The position numbers were made by a program, and so were the translations under genes. Below are positions 34,792-39,913 of a stretch of DNA of 39,913 bases, piece after piece. This stretch comes from an uncultured Spartobacteria bacterium (GTDB taxonomy: Bacteria > Verrucomicrobiota > Verrucomicrobiia > Chthoniobacterales > UBA6821), in the NCBI GenBank assembly GCA_903831635.1, contig CAIKYN010000059.1:1-39913 (forward strand). Reading direction: 5' to 3'. Under the pieces are notes generated by a model. It did not search any database. It was not told the origin of the DNA and saw only the letters and a program-made list of their open reading frames with translations. Positions within the stretch are counted from its first letter, which is position 1. Each line of letters opens with the position of its first letter.

Positions 34792-35025
34792 ATGAGTCGA
34801 TGATTCCAGTTCAGATACACTCACATCACCTCTTGCCTAGTTGCTTTGATAGCGCTTCATGGCATCGTATCAAAGTTATATCTTGAGCGAATAAAGCTCT
34901 CTACTGTATGGCCTATCTACGCGCATTGTGATCCAGAAATGATAAAAAAATAATCAGGGCCATATCAATTTAGGGTAGGATACTTTCAAGAAGGGGGTGA
35001 GATCTCCCAAAACATAATCACAGTC

Positions 35026-35757
35026 ATGGAAACCTTTGAATCATTGGCAGAAATCATCGATTGGGCGTCCAAGCAGGAACGGTGTCATGTCGCGCAGTGG
35101 TTCTACAGGGGGCACGCCAACAAGGACTTTCAGCTTGTTCCTAAACTATGTCGTCTCAAGCAGGCGAAAGCTGATTCCTTTTCCTCATGGGAAGAAATGC
35201 AGAGCTCTCTGCTTGCAAGGTTTAGGCGCGAAGCAGAGGCGTTTACCTCTGGTAAATTATACGATGAGAATGACTGGCTGGCACTTGCTCAGCATCACGG
35301 TCTGCCGACCAGGCTTTTGGATTGGACCTCGAATCTCTTGATTGCTGTTTATTTCACCGTGACTGAGTTGGCTGATACGGATGGATGTGTTTGGGGATTA
35401 GGATTTCCGTCCACAAATAACTGTTATTCAGAAAGTACGATCTACTCGAAGGTTAAAACATTATGGGAAACGCCTTTCATTCATTTTCCAAAGCACCTTT
35501 CTCCTAGAATCATCAATCAGGGAGGATGCTTCACTGTTCATGTGGATGACGTTCCCCTTGATAAGGACGCCCGGTGCAAAGACATCATGAAAATTGAGAA
35601 AATCATCATTACCAGCAGTGCCAAGAAGCGAATCAGGCACTCGCTCTACGATTTGGGAATCCATGAGTCGTTTGTGTATCCAGGCATAGAAGGGATATCA
35701 CAGAGACTTCTCTATGAGATCGATACGCGGGTTACGTTTCTGACTAAAGAATCGTAA
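35026..35757 (+). CDS. FRG-domain protein
   Basis: WFYRGHANKDFQLVPKLCR and LALAQHHGLPTRLLDWTSNLLIAVYF match the FRG-domain signature. Confidence 0.8.
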   Translation: METFESLAEIIDWASKQERCHVAQWFYRGHANKDFQLVPKLCRLKQAKADSFSSWEEMQSSLLARFRREAEAFTSGKLYDENDWLALAQHHGLPTRLLDWTSNLLIAVYFTVTELADTDGCVWGLGFPSTNNCYSESTIYSKVKTLWETPFIHFPKHLSPRIINQGGCFTVHVDDVPLDKDARCKDIMKIEKIIITSSAKKRIRHSLYDLGIHESFVYPGIEGISQRLLYEIDTRVTFLTKES

Positions 35758-35770
35758 TGCGTCTCCGAAT

Positions 35771-35792
35771 CCTGCTCCCAATTGGGAGCAGG
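35771..35792 (+). terminator. perfect 22-nt palindrome CCTGCTCCCAATTGGGAGCAGG downstream of the FRG gene
   Basis: 9-bp GC-rich stem with a 4-nt loop, 14 nt after the stop codon. No U-tract follows, so the terminator role is uncertain. Confidence 0.4.
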
Positions 35793-35807
35793 TAGCTGCG
35801 CCATCCC

Positions 35808-35830
35808 GGCAAGAGTGGCCGGGTGCATCC
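35808..35830. repeat. direct repeat GGCAAGAGTG(AT/GC)CGGGTGCATCC, copy 2
   Basis: See copy 1. Confidence 0.8.
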
Positions 35831-35852
35831 CAGAGGCAGTCATCCTTCTCCC

Positions 35853-36221
35853 ATGGCTCCATATGGGGCTGTTGGTTGTATCACGGATGAAGTGACAGGT
35901 AAGGCAGAGGAGGGTTTTTCACCCCGGGTGAAAAACCTGAACCTTATCGGTCCCAAAGTCCGTCGCCTCCGCCATCAACGCAGCTGGTCTCAGAATGACC
36001 TGGCAATTCGCCTCCAAATCCTCGGGATGGATGAGGGGACCCGAGGCCGTGTTTCCAAGATCGAGGCCCGTCTTGTCTGGGTGTCTGACGAGGACATGAT
36101 CTACCTGGCTAGGGCACTCAAGGTCGAGGTAGGGGATCTCTATCCGGTAGTGATCCGCAAATCCGACTGCCTGCACGAGGCCATCGGAGCCGCAAAGGCC
36201 TCCCGCTACGGGGTCGCCTGA
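35853..36221 (+). CDS. XRE-family helix-turn-helix transcriptional regulator
   Basis: IGPKVRRLRHQRSWSQNDLAIRLQILGMDEGTRGRVSKIEAR is a classic HTH_3 pattern. The start is uncertain (GTG 35823, ATG 35853 or GTG 35929). Confidence 0.75.
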   Translation: MAPYGAVGCITDEVTGKAEEGFSPRVKNLNLIGPKVRRLRHQRSWSQNDLAIRLQILGMDEGTRGRVSKIEARLVWVSDEDMIYLARALKVEVGDLYPVVIRKSDCLHEAIGAAKASRYGVA

Positions 36222-36229
36222 GCGATGTT

Positions 36230-36754
36230 CTAGCGTTTCAAGCGGTACTTGCGAACGAGAGTGCGGGGCTTCGAGAGTACGATCTGGTGCCTCTCGGTAT
36301 CCGAATCCCTGAGGATTGCCCAAAGGGTCTCAATTTCCTCATTGGCATTCAAGATATGGCCGTCACTGGTGAGGAGGATTTCACAGCCTTTCCAGGCAGC
36401 TTCTGCGATCACCATGGAGTCCCCTGCTTCCTCATGAGGAACGAGTTCCTTCATGCGGATCTTAAGGCTGATCTCGGCCAGAATACCCCTCTCCAAGGGG
36501 GAAAAGTTCATGGGCGTATAGCCTCGTGCAAGAAGCTTGGTGAGAGCGCCCTCGGCGAGCTTGCGCTTCGAGGATGTATCTCCTTGTTCATAGATCCAAG
36601 CGAGTTCCTGAAAGACGGTCTCAGTAATCACGAACTGAGCATGGGGGAGACGCTCACGAAGCGTCTCCAAAGCATCAAGGACATCCGCATCCCCGTCCTC
36701 CTCATCGAGGAGGACATTGGTATCAACGGCAATGAGCAGCAGCTTTTTTCGCAC
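36230..36754 (-). CDS. PIN-domain protein (putative toxin ribonuclease)
   Basis: LLLIAVDTNVLLDEEDG at the N-terminus and CEILLTSDGHILN near the C-terminus are conserved acidic PIN positions. The start codon is GTG. Confidence 0.7.
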   Translation of the reverse strand: MRKKLLLIAVDTNVLLDEEDGDADVLDALETLRERLPHAQFVITETVFQELAWIYEQGDTSSKRKLAEGALTKLLARGYTPMNFSPLERGILAEISLKIRMKELVPHEEAGDSMVIAEAAWKGCEILLTSDGHILNANEEIETLWAILRDSDTERHQIVLSKPRTLVRKYRLKR

Positions 36755-36899
36755 CTGCGTGATTATGGTAGATCAGGCGCATGGCCGTGGCCGTGAGATG
36801 AATGCGGGATTCATCCGGGAGCGAGTTGCACGCTTTGCGAGCTGCGGCTGCGATCTTGGTTCCTCGGGTGGAGGGGTGCTTTTTTTCAAATGCGCTCAC
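36723..36899 (-). CDS. possible 58-aa antitoxin-position ORF overlapping the PIN gene start
   Basis: Hand translation from the GTG at 36899: VSAFEKKHPSTRGTKIAAAARKACNSLPDESRIHLTATAMRLIYHNHAGAKKAAAHCR*. It overlaps the PIN start by 32 nt in another frame. It is below the ORF-track cutoff and has no recognised fold. Confidence 0.3.
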   Translation of the reverse strand: MSAFEKKHPSTRGTKIAAAARKACNSLPDESRIHLTATAMRLIYHNHAGAKKAAAHCR

Positions 36900-37076
36900 G
36901 AGTTAAAAGTTCCCTCAAGGAGGCTTGGAGGTCAAGTCGGGAGAGGCAGCGATTCGCTGTCAAAAGAGGAATCATAGAGGTCTTGATCTCTTTTGAGTGC
37001 CTGATGGGAAGGGGCTCTCTGTTGCTCCCGACTCGGAGCAAGGAAGAGGGTAGGGGGACTCTAAGGTGCGCCCCCT

Positions 37077-37328
37077 ATGCACCACGTCATCCTCGCTCAA
37101 TCAAGCTCACTCGACGGCGCGTTGTCCCAAGGACTTGGGATTATTGCGAAGTTCCTCTACATCATCGCGGTCATTGTCATCGCCCATGGCGGATGGCAGG
37201 TCCGCAGCGGTAATGCCGACATGGGCAAGATGTCGATCGTGGGAGGGCTGCTCCTAGGTCTCTCAGTCCTGATCGCCCAAGCGCTCTTCAGCGCAGGCGG
37301 GATGCCGACCATCAGCGTGGGGCAATGA
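37077..37328 (+). CDS. VirB2/TrbC-like pilin candidate
   Basis: 83 aa with two hydrophobic helices (GLGIIAKFLYIIAVIVIAHGGW, MSIVGGLLLGLSVLIAQALF). It lies directly upstream of VirB3-like and VirB4-like genes. Its stop overlaps the next start (ATGA at 37325). Confidence 0.5.
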   Translation: MHHVILAQSSSLDGALSQGLGIIAKFLYIIAVIVIAHGGWQVRSGNADMGKMSIVGGLLLGLSVLIAQALFSAGGMPTISVGQ

Positions 37329-37663
37329 GCCGGGGCGTGATTCCAACCCATGCGGGTGATGACAGCGACGGCAAGATCTGGGGGATCGAGGGGATGAATA
37401 TCCTCTTCCTGCTCGCCAGTGGGATGATCGGCCTTGGATTGGCCCTCATGCTTTCGCACGGGCACTCACCGGCAGTCTGCGTGGGAATCGGCGCCCTGCC
37501 TTTCGTGGTGACTGCTCTCTACATCTTCGGCCTGCGGCAAGGGAAGCCGAAGTCGTTCGATACCGATTTGCTCGAAACCCTCCTCTCCGGAAACGGGTGG
37601 ATGGCCCCAGTCAAACAACCCCGCAATCCACTCATCCATGCAGGCTCCCATGCAAGCTCCTAA
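37325..37663 (+). CDS. VirB3/TraL-like small inner-membrane T4SS protein candidate
   Basis: 112 aa with two TM helices (ILFLLASGMIGLGLALML, VGIGALPFVVTALYIFGL). It overlaps the start of the VirB4-like gene. Confidence 0.45.
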   Translation: MSRGVIPTHAGDDSDGKIWGIEGMNILFLLASGMIGLGLALMLSHGHSPAVCVGIGALPFVVTALYIFGLRQGKPKSFDTDLLETLLSGNGWMAPVKQPRNPLIHAGSHASS

Positions 37664-39913
37664 CGGCTGGATCTCCAATGACCTGCTGATCTGGAACGAA
37701 CTGGATCGGCGGGGGGCGGTGTCTAAGGGGTATATAATCGATGCCCCGGATCTCCGACATGCCAGCGATCACACGCTGGATGACTTCTATGAGTCGGTGC
37801 GGCAATTCCTCCACTCCCTCGATGAATCGACTCGCTGCCAGATCCGCTGGTCGGTGGATTCCGATTACCGGGAGGAACTCCTGGCCTACAAGGAGGTGAC
37901 CGATACGCGGTGTGAACCAGCCTCTTGGGCGGCGATCACCCGTAACGAGCGATTCAATCGGTACTGGCAGGCAATGCAGTCCGGGGGACTCCGACGGGAA
38001 AAGCTCCTGCTTTTCCTCTCGAAGAAGATCGATGCCGATCCGCCCTCGTCACCCTCCCGCAAGGGGCTCGAGGAGCACTACCGGAGACTCCTTGCCCAAT
38101 ACAATGAGGCCTTCGCCCAGCATGGGCGCGTCCTTGCTTCACTCTTTGAAGGACATGGATGCGGAGTCACGGCGATGGGGACGGAGGATCTCTATCGGCA
38201 CTACGCGACCTTCTTTAATCCCTCCTACCTGCGCCGGGATGGCTATGACCCGATCGGTCAGTTCCGGGAGGAGGAAACCATCCACCAGAACTGCTGGCAC
38301 CAGGGGGTGCAGGCAGGAAAGAGCTTCGGGTTCTACTCCGACGGCTTCTACCACAACCTGGTGATCCTCAAACGGCGTCCGCAAAGGACGAGGCGGGGTA
38401 TCTTCTGGGCTCTGACCTCGCTTCCCTTCCTGGACTACGCGATCACAGTCAATCTCTACCCACAGAATATCCGCCGGGAGATCGATAAGGCGGAAAAGTC
38501 CCTCGAACGGGTTCGCGGAGACTATGCAGCCGAGGGGAAGCATTCGCTCCTGACGGCCAAGGAGGTAAAGGAGGAGCGCATCCGCAATCTCTCCCAGGGC
38601 GATACGGTTCCCTTCCTCTACGACTACGTCGTCCATGTCTGGGACGAAACGGAGGAGGGCCTGGTCTCCAAGACCCGGCAAATCGAGACGGCCTTTGGCC
38701 AGATGGAGGATGCCCAGTGCTGGACGAGCAATCTCTCCTCGGCGGCCACCACCAAGAACATCTGGTATCAGACCTGGCCGGGATGGCTCTGGGGCAACTA
38801 CACCCACCACGCCGATAGCGGACTGGATGAATGGCTGGCTGACATGCTGCCCTTCTCCTCCACCTTCACGGGCCATCTGGAGGGATCAGAGGCTCTCTAT
38901 GACGGATCGAATCGGAATCTCGTCGGAGTGCGAAACTTCCTGTCGGGAACACCGCAACTAGCAGTCCTTCTGGGTATGACGAGAGCCGGGAAGTCGGCCT
39001 TCATGTGCGATCTCCTGTCGCAGACCGATCCCTACTACGACTTCACCCTCATCGTGGAGGAGGGACTCTCTTATGGGATTTGGACGCAAGCGCTAGGGAG
39101 CACCCCGATCGTCATCCAGCCGGACGGGGATCTCTGCCTGAACTACCTCGATACCCAAGGGGCACCGCTGACCAATCTCCAGATCACCACTGCGGCGGCA
39201 CTGGTAGCGAAGATGGCGGGCAATCCTGCCGATGAGGATTGGAGGAACCTCCGCCTGGCCCAGATCACCCAATACATCGAGCAGCTCTATACGGATCGCT
39301 TCGAGGAATGGATCGCAGAGGATGGGGGGCGGCTCGACATGGTCGCGCGACATGCCATGGCGGTCCTGGAATACAAATCGCGCCACATGCCGCTCTCGGC
39401 GACATTCCTGGAGGCGTGGACAGAACTAAAGCACGCCGCGAGTGAGGAAGAGCGGGAGGAGCTACTGAGCTCTCCCAAGCCTGAGGAGGTATCGCGCTTC
39501 ATCAAATCCCATGACATGGAGCGCCATGTCCGCAATACGGCCTTCGCCTTCTTCAAGCCAACGGATTATCCGACCCACGACATGCTCCAGCAGATGATGC
39601 TGGTGGCTCCGTTCGCGGAGCATAACAGGGAGGAGATCAACCATCTGGCGACCCTGCTTGCCCCGTGGAATGAGCAGAGGCTCCTCTGTGGGCACTCGAC
39701 CTTGTCGATGACGGGACGGGTGGCCCACTTCGATCTGACCTACATCCCTGAGTCGAACAAGCAGCTCAAGGAACTGGCTGGGTTCCTGATCGCCAACTAC
39801 GGACGCCAGCACATCATCACTCTCCCCAGGGGGGCGAGGAAGCGGGTGATCTTTGAGGAGGTAGCCCGAACGCTGGACGTGCCGGGAGGGGAACAGCTCG
39901 TGAGTGAGTTCTA
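37638..39913 (+). CDS. virB4: VirB4/TraC-family conjugation ATPase (5' part; runs off the window)
   Basis: The frame is open from ATG 37638 (or 37650) to the window end, about 758 codons, and is absent from the ORF track because it has no stop. Walker A is LLGMTRAGKSAFMCDLL. It follows the pilin-like and VirB3-like genes. Confidence 0.75.
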   Translation, partial: MQAPMQAPNGWISNDLLIWNELDRRGAVSKGYIIDAPDLRHASDHTLDDFYESVRQFLHSLDESTRCQIRWSVDSDYREELLAYKEVTDTRCEPASWAAITRNERFNRYWQAMQSGGLRREKLLLFLSKKIDADPPSSPSRKGLEEHYRRLLAQYNEAFAQHGRVLASLFEGHGCGVTAMGTEDLYRHYATFFNPSYLRRDGYDPIGQFREEETIHQNCWHQGVQAGKSFGFYSDGFYHNLVILKRRPQRTRRGIFWALTSLPFLDYAITVNLYPQNIRREIDKAEKSLERVRGDYAAEGKHSLLTAKEVKEERIRNLSQGDTVPFLYDYVVHVWDETEEGLVSKTRQIETAFGQMEDAQCWTSNLSSAATTKNIWYQTWPGWLWGNYTHHADSGLDEWLADMLPFSSTFTGHLEGSEALYDGSNRNLVGVRNFLSGTPQLAVLLGMTRAGKSAFMCDLLSQTDPYYDFTLIVEEGLSYGIWTQALGSTPIVIQPDGDLCLNYLDTQGAPLTNLQITTAAALVAKMAGNPADEDWRNLRLAQITQYIEQLYTDRFEEWIAEDGGRLDMVARHAMAVLEYKSRHMPLSATFLEAWTELKHAASEEEREELLSSPKPEEVSRFIKSHDMERHVRNTAFAFFKPTDYPTHDMLQQMMLVAPFAEHNREEINHLATLLAPWNEQRLLCGHSTLSMTGRVAHFDLTYIPESNKQLKELAGFLIANYGRQHIITLPRGARKRVIFEEVARTLDVPGGEQLVSEF

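Larger units (their letters stand above)
2784..39913. mobile_element. segment of a conjugative/mobilisable element (MOB plus T4CP module and T4SS module) carrying a roughly 28-kb cargo island
   Basis: It carries ArdC, an RHH protein, a relaxase, a T4CP, VirB2/3/4-like genes and a tyrosine recombinase. The element ends are not visible in the window. Confidence 0.6.

Noticed and set aside
36717-37257. Plus-strand ORFs of 86, 107 and 63 aa between the PIN gene and the pilin-like gene
   Set aside because: They overlap each other and the PIN/antitoxin-position ORFs and are Arg/Ser/Gly-rich. This is more likely the promoter/leader region of the T4SS operon.
1-39913. tRNA/rRNA genes (for example as an integration target near the recombinase or left edge)
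   Set aside because: By-eye scanning for T-loop-like GGTTCRAnnCC motifs and cloverleaf-sized GC-rich segments in the intergenic regions found nothing convincing. A tRNAscan-type search would settle this.

Overview
The window looks like part of an integrative/conjugative or mobilisable element. Its GC-rich transfer backbone is interrupted by about 28 kb of lower-GC accessory DNA. The left backbone (2784-8647) runs two small ORFs, ArdC-like antirestriction protein, an intergenic region with candidate oriT inverted repeats, an RHH accessory protein, a relaxase with the HxDxxHxH motif, a VirD4/TraG coupling protein and a stand-alone Clp-D2-like AAA+ ATPase. Many of these genes are chained by ATGA/GTGA overlaps. 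The right backbone (37077 to the end) holds VirB2-like, VirB3-like and VirB4/TraC-like genes.

The cargo between them has three parts:
- Defence cluster on the minus strand: an OLD-family ATPase/TOPRIM plus UvrD helicase pair (Gabija-like), a 403-aa HEPN-motif protein, an AbiJ/Abi_C HEPN protein sitting on an hsdS remnant, and a Lys-rich protein.
- A roughly 15.4 kb plus-strand operon: a Hep/Hag-like repeat protein, a 3076-aa protein with 10 LamG-like repeats, a 1642-aa Sec-signal RHS toxin and an S26 signal peptidase homologue. It is followed by a tyrosine recombinase and an inverted orphan Rhs tip with a lipoprotein gene.
- Small defence/TA cassettes: DUF2188, an HEPN-like protein, an FRG-domain protein, an XRE regulator, and a PIN protein with a small upstream ORF.

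The left end holds GGTGTCCG iterons, an IS1595-type transposase remnant and a very AT-rich two-gene cassette with a 60-bp tandem duplication.

The most interesting structure is the pair of 74-bp inverted repeats, which encode the Rhs core end. They flank the recombinase and would allow in-frame swapping of the Rhs toxin tip by inversion. I found no rRNA, tRNA or CRISPR array. Taxonomy cannot be determined from the sequence alone. All product calls rest on motif recognition by eye, not database searches.
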